This document shows, piece by piece, positions 27,595 to 37,829 of a stretch of 64,000 bases of DNA. The stretch is taken from the NCBI GenBank assembly GCA_041496385.1, contig JBGQEL010000002.1, positions 14,543 through 78,542 on the forward strand, in the 5' to 3' direction. Under the pieces are notes generated by a model. The model did not search any database, had not been told where the DNA came from, and saw only the letters and a list, made by a program, of their open reading frames with translations. The stretch comes from Candidatus Methylomirabilia bacterium (GTDB lineage Bacteria > Methylomirabilota > Methylomirabilia > Rokubacteriales > CSP1-6). Positions within the stretch are counted from its first letter, which is position 1. Every line of letters starts with the position of its first letter. The position numbers were made by a program, and so were the translations under genes.

Positions 27595-28608
27595 ATGCGC
27601 GCCGCCTTCTATCAGGGGTCGCGGACGTTCACGACCGGGCAGGCGCCGATGCCGGTGCCCATGCCGGGCGAGGCCCTGCTGCGCGTCCGGCGCGTCGGCA
27701 TCTGCGGCACCGATCTCCACATCTTCCAGGGCCACCTCGATCACCGGGTGCCGAAGGGCGGCGTGATCGGCCACGAGACCTTCGCCGAGGTCGTCGAGGC
27801 GCCGGCGGCGAGCGGCGTCCGGCCGGGCGACCGGGTCGTCTTCGAGCCGCTCTCGTTCTGCGGCACGTGCCGCGCCTGCCGGATGGGCGCGACCTATCTC
27901 TGCTACGGCCTCAAGATCATCGGCGTGGAGCTGCCGGGCGGGATGCGCGAGTACTGCACGGTCCCCGCGGCGCGCCTGCTGAAGGTCCCCGACGCGCTCT
28001 CCGACGACCACGCCGCGATGATCGAGCCGCTCGCCGTCGCGGCCCACGACGTCGCGCGCGCCCAGGTCAAGGCGGGCGACGCGGTCCTGGTCCTGGGCGG
28101 CGGGCCCATCGGCGCGCTGATCGCGCTGGTGGCCCGTCACCGCGGCGCCCGCGTGGCCGTGGCCGAGCTGAACCCGTTCAGGATCGACATCCTCGAATCG
28201 CTCGGCCTCGAGACCGTCGGCCCCGACATCGACGTCCTGCGCTTCACGAACGACTGGACCGGCGGGACGGGCGTGGACGTGGCGTTCGAGGTCACGGGCA
28301 ACCCCGCGGCCGCGCGCCTCGTCACCGACGTCGTGCGCGTCTGGGGGACGATCAGCATCGTCGCGATCCACGCCGAGCCGATCCCCGTGAACCTCTACCA
28401 GATGTTCGCCCGCGAGCTCGTCATGCACGGCAGCCGCCTCTACGCGCGCGAGGACTGGGAGGAGGCGATCCGGCTCGCCGCCTCGGGCGCCATCCCCGTG
28501 GCGCCGCTCGTGACGCGGACGATCCGCCTCGAGGAGCTGCAGCGCGGCATGGAGGAGACGCTCGCGGGCGCGCCCGTCATGAAGGTCCTCGTCGACGTCA
28601 CGGCCTGA
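27595..28608 (+). CDS. Zn-dependent alcohol/sugar dehydrogenase (MDR family)
   Basis: GICGTDLH, GHE, CGTCRACRMGATYLC, GGGPIG. Confidence 0.92.
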   Translation: MRAAFYQGSRTFTTGQAPMPVPMPGEALLRVRRVGICGTDLHIFQGHLDHRVPKGGVIGHETFAEVVEAPAASGVRPGDRVVFEPLSFCGTCRACRMGATYLCYGLKIIGVELPGGMREYCTVPAARLLKVPDALSDDHAAMIEPLAVAAHDVARAQVKAGDAVLVLGGGPIGALIALVARHRGARVAVAELNPFRIDILESLGLETVGPDIDVLRFTNDWTGGTGVDVAFEVTGNPAAARLVTDVVRVWGTISIVAIHAEPIPVNLYQMFARELVMHGSRLYAREDWEEAIRLAASGAIPVAPLVTRTIRLEELQRGMEETLAGAPVMKVLVDVTA

Positions 28609-28609
28609 G

Positions 28610-31597
28610 ATGACGCGCCGCCGCCGCGTCCTCCTGGTCGTCGCCGCCGGGCTCGTCGTCCTGGGCGCCGTCGGCCTCGCCGTGCTCCCCGAGATCGCGC
28701 GCCGGGTCGCCGAGACCCAGCTGGCCAAGCTCACCGGGCGCGCCGTCGTCATCCAGGGCGTGGACCTGAACGTCTTCACGGGCCGCCTCGCCGTGAAGCG
28801 CTTCCGCCTCGCGCAGCGCGAGGGCAAGGACGCGGCGATCGAGTTCGAGCGCCTCGAGGTCCGGGTGGGGCTCCTCTCGCTCCTGACCTCGAACGTGCGC
28901 GTGCGCGAGCTGACGCTGACCCGGCCGACGATCCGCGTGACGCGCACCGGACCCGCGGAGTTCGATTTCTCCGACATCCTGGCGCGCCTCCCGGCCGCCG
29001 ATCCGAACGCCAAGCCCTCGACGCGGGCCGTGACCGTCGAGCGGCTCACGCTCGCGCAGGCCACGGTGCTCGCGCGGGATCAGGCCGTCACGCCGGCGGC
29101 GGAGTGGCGCGTGGAGGACCTGGGCGTCGAGCTCCAGAACCTGACGACGCGCGAGGGCGCCGGGCCCGGGCATCTGGAGGTCGCCCTCAAGCTCAACGGC
29201 GCGCGGATCGCGGTGAAGGACGGTGGCGTCGCGCTCAAGCCGCTTGCCTTCTCAGGGCGCGTCGCGGTCGACGGCTTCGATCTCGCGGCGGCCGTCCCCT
29301 ACATCCCGCCAGGGCTGCCCGCCGCGCCGCGCGCCGGACGCCTCACGGCCGGGCTCGACGTCGCGCTCGAGAAGGGCGCCGAGGCGCTCGGACGGCTCCG
29401 CGTCGCCGGCGAGGTGAAGCTCGAGGGGCTCGAGGTGATCCAGACGGGAGGGGCGGCGCCGTTCCTCGTCCTGCCCCGGCTCGCCGTCGCGATCAAGGAG
29501 GCGGACCTCGTGGCCCGCTCGATCACCGTCGCGTCGGTGGAGCTCGACGGCCTCGACCTCAAGGTGGCACGCGACGCGAAGGGCGTGATCGATCTCCTGG
29601 CGCTCGCGGCGACGCCCGCCGGGGACGCGCCCGCCGCGCCGCCCGCTCCCGCGCCGGCCGCCGCCGGGCCCACCGCCCAGCCGGCGCCGCAGCTCCAGCT
29701 CAGGATCTCGGACATTGCCCTGCGCGGCTCGAAGGCCGCATTCACCGACGCGATGGTCGCGCCCGTCACGACGCTCGTGCTGACCAACCTCACCGCGCGC
29801 GTCCGTGATCTCACCTGGCCGAGCACGGCGCCCGCGGACCTCGAGGTGGCGACGACGCTGCCGGGAGGCGGCAAGCTCGAGCTGAAAGGCCGCGTCACGC
29901 CGCTCCCGCTCGACCTCGAGATCGTGACGTCCATGCGCAACGCGCCCATCAGGCCCTACGCCGCGTACATTCCCGTCAACGCGGCCTTCGCCGGCACCTT
30001 CAACGGCGACAGCCGCTCGCGCGTCCGGATCGCGAACGGCGCGTTCACGGCTCAGTCCAAGGGCACGAGCTGGATCGACGGCCTCGAGCTGCAGGCTCCC
30101 GGCGAGACCACGCCGGCCGCGCGCCTGGAGCGCGTCCGCCTGGACGGCATCGACTTCGCCTGGCCGCAGCACGCCAAGGCCGCGAAGGTCACGGTCACCA
30201 AGCCGGAAATCCGCCTGGAACGTGACGCCGACGGCACGATCAATCTGCGCAAGCTCTTCGAGCCGCGCTCCGCGCCCGGTGGGGGGACTGTGGGGGGCAC
30301 GGCTGGGCTCGGAACTACACTCGCCGCCGCACCCCCCACAGTCCCCCCACCGGGCGCGGCGTCGGCGGCGACTGCATCAGCGGAGAAGGAGAAGAAGTCG
30401 ACGCTGCCGCTCGCGGTCGAGCTCGGCCAGATCGTCGTGGAGGACGGGTTCGCGCGGTTTCTCGACCGGACGACGACGCCCGCGTTCTCCGAGACCGTGT
30501 CGCGTCTCAACCTCACGATCGACGGGCTCTCGAACGAGCCGGGCCGGCGCGCGAAGCTCACGATGCAGGGCATCGTCGGCGGCGACGCCGCGCTCGACCT
30601 GCGCGGCGAGATCGCGCCGCTGGGCGAGCTCTACGCCGACCTCGTCGGCGAGCTGCGCGACTTCTCGCTGCCCAGCGTGAATCCCTACGCGGAGAGCTTC
30701 GTCGCCTGGTTCCTGCGCAGCGGCAGGCTCGGCGTCCGCATCCACTACCGCGTCGAGAAGGACCAGCTCACGGCGGACAACGAGATCATCGTGCAGAACC
30801 TCACGGTGGCGCCCTCCCAGCAGCACGAGGACGAGGTGAAGAAGCGGATCGGCCTGCCGCTCGGGCTGATCGTCGCCCTCATCACCGACTCCAAGAACGG
30901 GATCAAGTTCAACGTGCCGATCTCGGGCCCGCTCGCGCAGTGGCAGGTGGGCATCAGCGACGCGATCTGGGCGGCGATCAAGAACGCCGTCGTCAACATC
31001 GTCGCCGCGCCCTTCCGCGCGATCGGCCGGCTCTTCAAGGGCAAGGACGACACGGTCGAGGAGCTGAAGGTCGAGCCCGTGACGTTCGCCGCGGGGAGCG
31101 CGGTGCTCGCCCCGGCGATGGAGCGGCACCTGACGCAGGTCGGCGACTTTCTTCGCAAGGCGCCCCTCATCAAGCTCGGGCTGGCCCCGGTCCTGACGGC
31201 GCGCGACAGCGACAGCCTCCGGGCGCAGGAGCTGACCGCGCGCCTCCAGAAGCTGCAGCAAGAGCGCGGGCTCGCCGACTACGCCGCCGCGGTGACCCTC
31301 GACCTTCGCGAGCGCCTCCCCGAGGTGCCGCTGCCGGAGAAGGCCGAGGAGCAGCTCGCCCTGCTCCGTGCGCGCGAGCCGTTGCCGCCCGCGCGCCTGG
31401 CCGAGCTGCAGACGCGCCGCCTCGACGCCGTGCGCGAGGCCCTCGTGAAGGTCGAGGGTATCCCGGCCGACCGGCTGATCGCCGCCGGCGACGCCCCGGC
31501 GACTGCCGCGCCCGCACCGCCGTCCGCGCCCGCGCCATCGGCGTCGGCGGCGGCCGACGCCGTGGACGGCCGGATCGAATTCCGCATCGCGAACTGA
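28610..31597 (+). CDS. DUF748 (AsmA-like) envelope protein
   Basis: N-terminal TM anchor; repeated beta-rich blocks (RDAKGVIDL, ERDADGTINL); GLPLGLIVALITD; NIVAAPFRAIG. Confidence 0.85.
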   Translation: MTRRRRVLLVVAAGLVVLGAVGLAVLPEIARRVAETQLAKLTGRAVVIQGVDLNVFTGRLAVKRFRLAQREGKDAAIEFERLEVRVGLLSLLTSNVRVRELTLTRPTIRVTRTGPAEFDFSDILARLPAADPNAKPSTRAVTVERLTLAQATVLARDQAVTPAAEWRVEDLGVELQNLTTREGAGPGHLEVALKLNGARIAVKDGGVALKPLAFSGRVAVDGFDLAAAVPYIPPGLPAAPRAGRLTAGLDVALEKGAEALGRLRVAGEVKLEGLEVIQTGGAAPFLVLPRLAVAIKEADLVARSITVASVELDGLDLKVARDAKGVIDLLALAATPAGDAPAAPPAPAPAAAGPTAQPAPQLQLRISDIALRGSKAAFTDAMVAPVTTLVLTNLTARVRDLTWPSTAPADLEVATTLPGGGKLELKGRVTPLPLDLEIVTSMRNAPIRPYAAYIPVNAAFAGTFNGDSRSRVRIANGAFTAQSKGTSWIDGLELQAPGETTPAARLERVRLDGIDFAWPQHAKAAKVTVTKPEIRLERDADGTINLRKLFEPRSAPGGGTVGGTAGLGTTLAAAPPTVPPPGAASAATASAEKEKKSTLPLAVELGQIVVEDGFARFLDRTTTPAFSETVSRLNLTIDGLSNEPGRRAKLTMQGIVGGDAALDLRGEIAPLGELYADLVGELRDFSLPSVNPYAESFVAWFLRSGRLGVRIHYRVEKDQLTADNEIIVQNLTVAPSQQHEDEVKKRIGLPLGLIVALITDSKNGIKFNVPISGPLAQWQVGISDAIWAAIKNAVVNIVAAPFRAIGRLFKGKDDTVEELKVEPVTFAAGSAVLAPAMERHLTQVGDFLRKAPLIKLGLAPVLTARDSDSLRAQELTARLQKLQQERGLADYAAAVTLDLRERLPEVPLPEKAEEQLALLRAREPLPPARLAELQTRRLDAVREALVKVEGIPADRLIAAGDAPATAAPAPPSAPAPSASAAADAVDGRIEFRIAN
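30270..30359. repeat. Perfect 28-bp inverted repeat with 34-nt spacer, inside the DUF748 CDS
   Basis: ccgcgcccggtggggggactgtgggggg (30270-30297) and its exact reverse complement (30332-30359). Confidence 0.9.
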
Positions 31598-31602
31598 GCC
31601 CG

Positions 31603-32325
31603 GTGTCCCCCCACTGGGCGGCGGGCGCCCTCATCATCGCCGCGGCGAGCCTCGTCATGGGGCTCGCCGGCTTCGGCATCGGGCTGGTCTCGCTCGCGTT
31701 CCTGCCCTACATCATGGCGCCCGCGGACGCGATCGTGCTCATGACGCTCTACGCGGCGGTCGGGGCGCTCGCGATCTTCGTGCCGGTGCGCCGCGACTTC
31801 GCGCCCCGGCGCGTGGCCGACCTCGTGCTGGGCTCGGTGGTCGGCACGCCGCTCGGCGTCTGGACGCTCGCGAGCACGCCCGCGAGCGTGCTGAACCGGC
31901 TCATCGGTCTCATGCTGCTCGTCGCCGTCGCGCTCGAGTGGCGCGGCCTCTACCCCGAGAGGCTCGCGGGCCGCGGCTGGGGCCTCGGCGCCGGCGTGCT
32001 CGCGGGGGTGATCGGCGGCGCCGTCGGCACGCCGGGACCGCCCGTCGTCCTCTACGCCACGACGCAGGGCTGGAGCCCGCGGACGATCAAGGCGAACCTC
32101 CAGGCCTTCTTCATCGTCAACCAGGTGGTGATCCTGGTGGGCTACTGGTGGGCGGGGCTCCTCACGCGCGAGGTCTGGCGTCTCGCGGCCGTCTACGCGC
32201 CGCCCGCCATCGCCGGCGTGGCCGCGGGAATGGCGCTCTTCACCCGGATCGATCCTGTCCGCTTTCGGCGAGTCGTCTTCGGGCTGATCTTCGTCTCGGG
32301 CCTGGTGCTGCTCGCGCGGGGCTAG
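31603..32325 (+). CDS. Sulfite exporter TauE/SafE family protein
   Basis: GLAGFGIGL, GSVVGTPLG, GGAVGTPGPPVV; hydrophobic. Confidence 0.87.
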   Translation: MSPHWAAGALIIAAASLVMGLAGFGIGLVSLAFLPYIMAPADAIVLMTLYAAVGALAIFVPVRRDFAPRRVADLVLGSVVGTPLGVWTLASTPASVLNRLIGLMLLVAVALEWRGLYPERLAGRGWGLGAGVLAGVIGGAVGTPGPPVVLYATTQGWSPRTIKANLQAFFIVNQVVILVGYWWAGLLTREVWRLAAVYAPPAIAGVAAGMALFTRIDPVRFRRVVFGLIFVSGLVLLARG

Positions 32326-32328
32326 TCG

Positions 32329-32823
32329 CTACCGCCGGGGCGCCGCGCGCCACGCGGCCACGTTCGCCTCGATCTGCCGCGCGTGCACCTCGAGGTGCTC
32401 GGCGTAGATCCTGAGCCACTCCTCCGCGGTGTACCGGCCCGACTCGGTGTGCCGGCCCACGCGCGCCCACGCCTCGTCGCCGAGGCGCCGGATGAGCGCG
32501 GCCGTGTTGGCGCGGACCGCGTCGACCGTGGCGAGCGCGGGCTCGAGCGGGGCCGCGTGGTAGTCGAATTCGCGCGCCCACTGCTCCTGGTCGTAACCCT
32601 GGACGACGGGGTCCTTCTCGGCGAGCACGTAGCGGATGCGCGCGTAGCTGTTCGTCTCGGAGTCGGCGCAGTGACAGACGACCTCGTGCGCCGACCACTC
32701 GCCCGGCGCCGGACGCCACGTCATCGCCTCCGCGGGCACCGTCGCGAGCGCGGCGCGCAGGCGCGCGGGCCCGGCGGCGTACTGGGCGATCAGCTGCTCG
32801 CGCTCGGTCCTGGACAGGGTCAT
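32329..32823 (-). CDS. DinB family protein (YfiT-like)
   Basis: WSAHEVVCHCADSE, YDQEQWA, HLEVHARQI. Confidence 0.88.
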   Translation of the reverse strand: MTLSRTEREQLIAQYAAGPARLRAALATVPAEAMTWRPAPGEWSAHEVVCHCADSETNSYARIRYVLAEKDPVVQGYDQEQWAREFDYHAAPLEPALATVDAVRANTAALIRRLGDEAWARVGRHTESGRYTAEEWLRIYAEHLEVHARQIEANVAAWRAAPRR

Positions 32824-32824
32824 C

Positions 32825-33253
32825 TCAGCCCTCCGCGATCTTCCGCTGCAGCACCTTGGCGAGCGACGCGGGGGCGAAGCCGAGCTGCAGCAGCGCCTGG
32901 CCCTCGTCGAAGTACTCGCGATAGTCGGCGATCCGTCCGTCGGCCAGCTCGAAGACGCTCATGCCGCGGAAGCGCACCTTGCGCCCGGCGCTTCGCGGCA
33001 CCGCCTCCGTGACGACGTAGCCGAAGCTCCACTCGGCCGCGGCGCGGCGGCCGTCCTCGACGACGGTCTCGAACGTCCAGGCGTAGTCGCGGCCCTCGCG
33101 AAACATGCGCTCGAACATCGCGCGCAGCGCCGCGTGCCCCGTGTGGCGTCCGAAGAACGTGTCCGTATAGCTCCCCGCCGGTGCCCACAGCGGGACGAGG
33201 GCATCCACGTCCCGGCGGTTGAAGGCGCGCTCGAAGTCCCGGACGACGCTCAC
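32825..33253 (-). CDS. SnoaL/NTF2-like protein
   Basis: AFNRRDVDAL, RAAAEW, GRIADYREYFD. Confidence 0.85.
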   Translation of the reverse strand: MSVVRDFERAFNRRDVDALVPLWAPAGSYTDTFFGRHTGHAALRAMFERMFREGRDYAWTFETVVEDGRRAAAEWSFGYVVTEAVPRSAGRKVRFRGMSVFELADGRIADYREYFDEGQALLQLGFAPASLAKVLQRKIAEG

Positions 33254-33879
33254 GACGCCGGGCTCCCGGCGACGAGCCAGCCCATCTCGGTCCGTTGCCG
33301 GCGCTCGAACGCGGCGATCGCGGCTTCCTGAGAGAGCGTGAGCGCGATCTCGTCCTGGCCCGTCAGCAACGCCTGCTTGCGGAACGGATCGACCTCGAAG
33401 GGGTGCGCGACACCGTCCGGGTCCGTCACCGTCTGCGTCTCGAGATCCACGGCGAGCGCGGTGCCGGGGCGCGCGTGGAGCTGACGCCGGAGACCGGCGA
33501 CGGCCGCGGCGGGCAGGATCACGGGCAGCAGCCCGTTCTTGTAGCAGTTCTGGTGGAAGATGTCGCCGAGGCTCGGCGCGATCACCGAGCGCACACCGTA
33601 GGCCTCGAGCACCCAGACGGCCATCTCGCGCGAGGACCCGCAGCCGAAGTTCTCCGCGACGACCAGGATGTGCGCGCCGCGGTAGGGCGCCTGGTTCAGG
33701 ACGAACTCCGGCCGCTCCGAGCCGTCGGCGTCGAAGCGCACGTCGTGGAAGAGGAACCCCGCATAGCCGGGCGTCGCCCGCGGCTTGCGGAGGAAGCGCG
33801 CCGGGATGATACGGTCCGTGTCCACGTTCGGCAGGTCGATCGGCGCGGCGACGGCGCTGAGCCGCGTGAACGGCCGCAT
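33250..33879 (-). CDS. leuD: 3-isopropylmalate dehydratase-family small subunit
   Basis: NVDTDRIIPARFL, NFGCGSSRE, IFHQNCYKNGLLP. Confidence 0.9.
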   Translation of the reverse strand: MRPFTRLSAVAAPIDLPNVDTDRIIPARFLRKPRATPGYAGFLFHDVRFDADGSERPEFVLNQAPYRGAHILVVAENFGCGSSREMAVWVLEAYGVRSVIAPSLGDIFHQNCYKNGLLPVILPAAAVAGLRRQLHARPGTALAVDLETQTVTDPDGVAHPFEVDPFRKQALLTGQDEIALTLSQEAAIAAFERRQRTEMGWLVAGSPAS

Positions 33880-35264
33880 CAGAGCGTCCGCACGTCGGTG
33901 AGCCGCCCCGTGACCGCGGCCGCCGCCGCCATCGCGGGCGACATGAGGTGCGTGCGCGCGCCCTTGCCCTGACGTCCCTCGAAGTTGCGGTTCGACGTCG
34001 ACGCCACGCGCTCGCCCTCGCGCGCCGTCTCGCCGTTCATCCCGACGCACATCGAGCAGCCCGCCTCGCGCCACTCGAAGCCGGCCTCGACGAAGACACG
34101 ATCGAGCCCCTCGGCCTCGGCCGCGCGGCGGATCAGCCCCGAGCCGGGCACGACCCACGCCGGCACGAGGGCGCGGCGTCCCCGGACGACGCGCGCCGCG
34201 GCGCGCAGGTCGTCGAGCCGGCTGTTCGTGCAGGAGCCGATGAAGACGCGGTCCACCGTGACGTCGGTCAACGGTGTGCCGGGCGCCAGCCCCATGTAGG
34301 CGAGCGCGCGCGTCATGCTCTCGCGGCGCGCGACGTCGGCGATCGCGCCGGGGTCGGGCACGCGCGCCGTGACGGGCAGCGCATCCTGCGGACTCGTGCC
34401 CCAGGTCACGGTCGGCGCGATCTCGCCCGCGGCCAGCGCCACCTCGCGGTCGAACGTCGCGCCCGGGTCGCTCGGCAGCGCCGTCCAGGCGGCGAGCGCC
34501 TGCGCCCACGCGGCGCCCGTGGGGGCGAACGGCTTGCCCTCGACGTACGCGAACGTCGTCGTGTCGGGCGCCACCATGCCGGTGCGCGCGCCCGCCTCGA
34601 TCGACATGTTGCAGACCGTCATGCGCTCGTCCATGGACATGGCGCGGATCGCCTCGCCGGCGTACTCGATGGCGTGGCCCACGCCGCCGCCGGCGCCGAT
34701 CGTCGCGATGATCGTCAGGATCACGTCCTTGGCGGTGACGCCGGGGCCGAGCCGGCCCTCGACGGCGACGCGCATGGTGCGCGGCTTCTTCTGCCAGAGC
34801 GCCTGCGTCGCCAGCACGTGCTCGACTTCGCTCGAGCCGATCCCGAAGGCGAGCGCGCCGAAGGCGCCGTGGGTCGCCGTGTGCGAGTCGCCGCAGACGA
34901 GCGTGATCCCGGGAAGCGTCAGCCCCTGCTCCGGGCCGATGACGTGCACGATCCCGCGCCGCGCGTCGCCCACGTCGAAGTGGACGATCCCCTGTCGCGC
35001 GGTGTGGCGCGTGAGGTTCTCGACCATGCCGCGGATCTCGGGGTCGGCGGCGACCGCGCCCGGCGCCGTGAGCAGGTAGTGATCCGTCGTCGCGAAGGAG
35101 AGCTCCGGCCGCCGCACCCGCCGGCCCTGCGCCGCGAGCCGGCCGAAGGCGCTGGTCGAGCCCTCGTGCAGCAGGTGCCGGTCGATGTAGAGGAGGACGT
35201 GGCCCCCCGGCCCCTCGGCCACGACGTGGCGCGACCAGATCTTCTCGAACATCGTCTGCGGCAT
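33879..35264 (-). CDS. leuC: 3-isopropylmalate dehydratase-family large subunit
   Basis: [43 protein letters not shown]. Confidence 0.9.
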   Translation of the reverse strand: MPQTMFEKIWSRHVVAEGPGGHVLLYIDRHLLHEGSTSAFGRLAAQGRRVRRPELSFATTDHYLLTAPGAVAADPEIRGMVENLTRHTARQGIVHFDVGDARRGIVHVIGPEQGLTLPGITLVCGDSHTATHGAFGALAFGIGSSEVEHVLATQALWQKKPRTMRVAVEGRLGPGVTAKDVILTIIATIGAGGGVGHAIEYAGEAIRAMSMDERMTVCNMSIEAGARTGMVAPDTTTFAYVEGKPFAPTGAAWAQALAAWTALPSDPGATFDREVALAAGEIAPTVTWGTSPQDALPVTARVPDPGAIADVARRESMTRALAYMGLAPGTPLTDVTVDRVFIGSCTNSRLDDLRAAARVVRGRRALVPAWVVPGSGLIRRAAEAEGLDRVFVEAGFEWREAGCSMCVGMNGETAREGERVASTSNRNFEGRQGKGARTHLMSPAMAAAAAVTGRLTDVRTL

Positions 35265-35293
35265 GGCGGGCGCTCGGATCCTCCCGAGCCGGA

Positions 35294-35330
35294 AGATTAC
35301 CCGGTGTCACGGCGCATCTCAACTGTGAGA
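35294..35330 (-). promoter_or_regulatory. leuC promoter (TTGAGA-17-TAATCT) with overlapping palindrome TCTCA-N4-TGAGA
   Basis: -35 at 35322-35317, -10 at 35299-35294; inverted repeat at 35317-35330. Confidence 0.55.
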
Positions 35331-35360
35331 GACTCTTTCCCAAATTCACGGGAGGTCTCC

Positions 35361-36974
35361 ATGCGTCACGCCACGATCCTGCTCGGGCTCGCGCTGACCC
35401 TCGTTCCCCTGGCGACGCCGGCGGCCGCGCAGGCGCCGGCGGCGCGCGAGGGCAAGCCGGGCGGCATCCTGCGTCTCCTGCTGCGCGAGGACCTGCCCCA
35501 GGGGTTCTCGATGCACGAGACGGCGACCAACTCCGTCACGTGGCCCGGGATGCCCTGCTACAGCAACCTCGTCGTCTTCGACCAGCAGAAGCAGCTCGAG
35601 CGCCCCGAGACGATCGTCCCCGAGCTGGCCGAGCGCTGGTCCTGGCAGGACGGCTACCGCAACCTCGTGTTCTTCCTGCGCCGGGACGTCCGCTGGCACG
35701 ACGGGCAGCCGTTCACCTCGAAGGACGTGAAGTTCACCTTCGACATGGTGCGCGAGGCCAAGGACACGCCGCTCCGGCTCCGGCTCAACCCGCGCAAGGA
35801 GTGGTACGCCAACGTCGACGCCGTCGAGGCGCCCGACGCGACCACCGTCATCTTCAGGCTCAAGCGCCCGCAGCCGTCGTTGCTGGTGATGCTCGCCTCC
35901 GGCTACTCGCCCGTGCTGCCGGCGCACGTGCCGCCGGCGGAGCACCGCTCGCGCTGCGTGGGCACGGGGCCCTTCAAGCTCAAGGAGTGGCGGCGGGGCG
36001 AGTCCGTCGAGTTCGTGCGCAACCCCGACTATTTCGTCAAGGGTCGCCCGTACCTCGACGGCGTGCGCTACACCATCATCGTCGAGCGCGGCACGCGGGC
36101 CGCCGCGCTGCAGGCGGCGCAGGTGGACGCGTCCTACCCCGGCGAGATCACGATCAACCAGTGGGAGCAGCTCCGGGCCGCCGTGCCCAGGATGGTGTTC
36201 ACCGAGACCGCCTCGAACGTCAGCGAGAACCTGCTACTCAACACCAAGCGGCCGCCCTTCGACAACGTGAAGGTCCGCCGCGCGCTCAGCCTCGCCATCA
36301 ACCGCCGCGCGTACACGCAGGCCGTGCACCGCGGGAGCGCCGTGATCGGCGCCGCCCTCTCGCCCAAGCCCTGGGGGGTCTGGGGGCTGCTCGAGCGTGA
36401 CCTCGTCCAGCTCCCGGGCTACGGTCGCGCGGCCGACGACAAGGCGAGGGCGCGCAAGCTGCTGGCCGAGGCGGGCTTCACCCCCGCCAGTCCGCTGAAG
36501 GTCGAGATGGTGACGCGCGGCATCGCCATCTACCTCGACTTCGCGTCATACGTCGTCAGCGAGCTCCGGCAGGTCGGGCTCGAGGTCACGCTCAAGCAGA
36601 TCGAGACGGCCCAGTGGCATCCGATGGTCACGCGGCGCGAGTACCAGATCGCCGCCAACCTGACCGGCCTCGGCGTGGACGACCCCGACGCCAACTTCTA
36701 CGAGAACTACGCCTGCGGCTCGGCGCGCAACTACCGCGACTACTGCAACGAGCAGGTCATGAAGGCGATCGAGCAGCAGTCGCAGGAGACCGACCCCCAA
36801 AAGCGCCAGGCGCTCGTCTGGCAGATCCAGAAACAGCTCGAGGAGGACGCCGCGCGGCCCACCATGGGCTGGCGCACGGACCGCTTCGCGCATCACCCGT
36901 GGGTCAAGAACCTCGTGCCGCACAACGTCACGTACAACTGGCCGCGCCTTCAAGACACGTGGCTCGACCGGTAG
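35361..36974 (+). CDS. ABC transporter substrate-binding protein, family 5 (peptide/nickel)
   Basis: GGAGG RBS; signal peptide; PELAERW, WHDGQPFTSKDVKFT, VGTGPFK, PFDNVKVRRA. Confidence 0.92.
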   Translation: MRHATILLGLALTLVPLATPAAAQAPAAREGKPGGILRLLLREDLPQGFSMHETATNSVTWPGMPCYSNLVVFDQQKQLERPETIVPELAERWSWQDGYRNLVFFLRRDVRWHDGQPFTSKDVKFTFDMVREAKDTPLRLRLNPRKEWYANVDAVEAPDATTVIFRLKRPQPSLLVMLASGYSPVLPAHVPPAEHRSRCVGTGPFKLKEWRRGESVEFVRNPDYFVKGRPYLDGVRYTIIVERGTRAAALQAAQVDASYPGEITINQWEQLRAAVPRMVFTETASNVSENLLLNTKRPPFDNVKVRRALSLAINRRAYTQAVHRGSAVIGAALSPKPWGVWGLLERDLVQLPGYGRAADDKARARKLLAEAGFTPASPLKVEMVTRGIAIYLDFASYVVSELRQVGLEVTLKQIETAQWHPMVTRREYQIAANLTGLGVDDPDANFYENYACGSARNYRDYCNEQVMKAIEQQSQETDPQKRQALVWQIQKQLEEDAARPTMGWRTDRFAHHPWVKNLVPHNVTYNWPRLQDTWLDR

Positions 36975-36977
36975 CCC

Positions 36978-37829
36978 ATGGGCCACAGCGCCGCGCGCCG
37001 GACCATCGCCGATCTCATCGAGGAGCGGTTCGGCCTGCCCACGCAGGCCGGCCGCGCCCTGCCCGCCGAGGGCGCCCTCGCCCAGATGCTGTCGCACCGC
37101 ACGCAGCGTCGGTACAAGCCGGACCCGGTTCCGGACGACATCCTCGAAGTCCTGCTCGCGGCCGCGCTCTCCGCGCCGTCGAAGTCCGATCTCCAGCAGG
37201 TGGCGATCATCCTGGTCAAGGACCGCGCGAAGCAGGCCACGATCGGCGGCTGGATCCCCGACATGCCGTGGATCGCGCAGGCCCCGCTCTTCCTGGTGTT
37301 CTGCGGCGACCACCGTCGCATCCGGCGGGTGGCGGAGCTGCGCGGACGGCCCTTTCCCAACGACACGCTCGACATGTTCATGAACGCCGCGGTGGACACG
37401 GGCCTGGTGCTGCAGAGCTTCATCACGGCCGCCGAGAGCCTGGGGCTCGGCTGCTGCCCGATCAGCGTGGTGCGCAACCACGTCGAGCGGCTCGCCGCGC
37501 TGCTGGAGCTGCCCGCCGGCGTCTTTCCGGTCGCCGGCCTCTGCGTTGGCTATCCCGTCCAGACGGGCTGGATCAGTCTGCGGCTTCCACCAACCCTCAC
37601 CGTCCACACCGATCGCTACGACGACCGCCGCCTGCCCGGGGAGCTCGAGGCCTACGACCGGCGGCGCGAGGCGCGGCACGCGACGCCGCGGGAGAGCCAG
37701 CGCTACGCGGACCGCTTCGGCTACACCGAGCCCTACGGCTGGGCGGAGGACAAGGCGCGGCAGTACTCGGTGCCCGAGCGCCACAACTTCGGCCCCTTCA
37801 TCCGGGGCCACGGCTTCGCGCTGCAATGA
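36978..37829 (+). CDS. Nitroreductase (NfsA/Frp-like)
   Basis: HRTQRRY, APSKSDLQ, AAESLGLGCCPI, SLRLP. Confidence 0.9.
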   Translation: MGHSAARRTIADLIEERFGLPTQAGRALPAEGALAQMLSHRTQRRYKPDPVPDDILEVLLAAALSAPSKSDLQQVAIILVKDRAKQATIGGWIPDMPWIAQAPLFLVFCGDHRRIRRVAELRGRPFPNDTLDMFMNAAVDTGLVLQSFITAAESLGLGCCPISVVRNHVERLAALLELPAGVFPVAGLCVGYPVQTGWISLRLPPTLTVHTDRYDDRRLPGELEAYDRRREARHATPRESQRYADRFGYTEPYGWAEDKARQYSVPERHNFGPFIRGHGFALQ

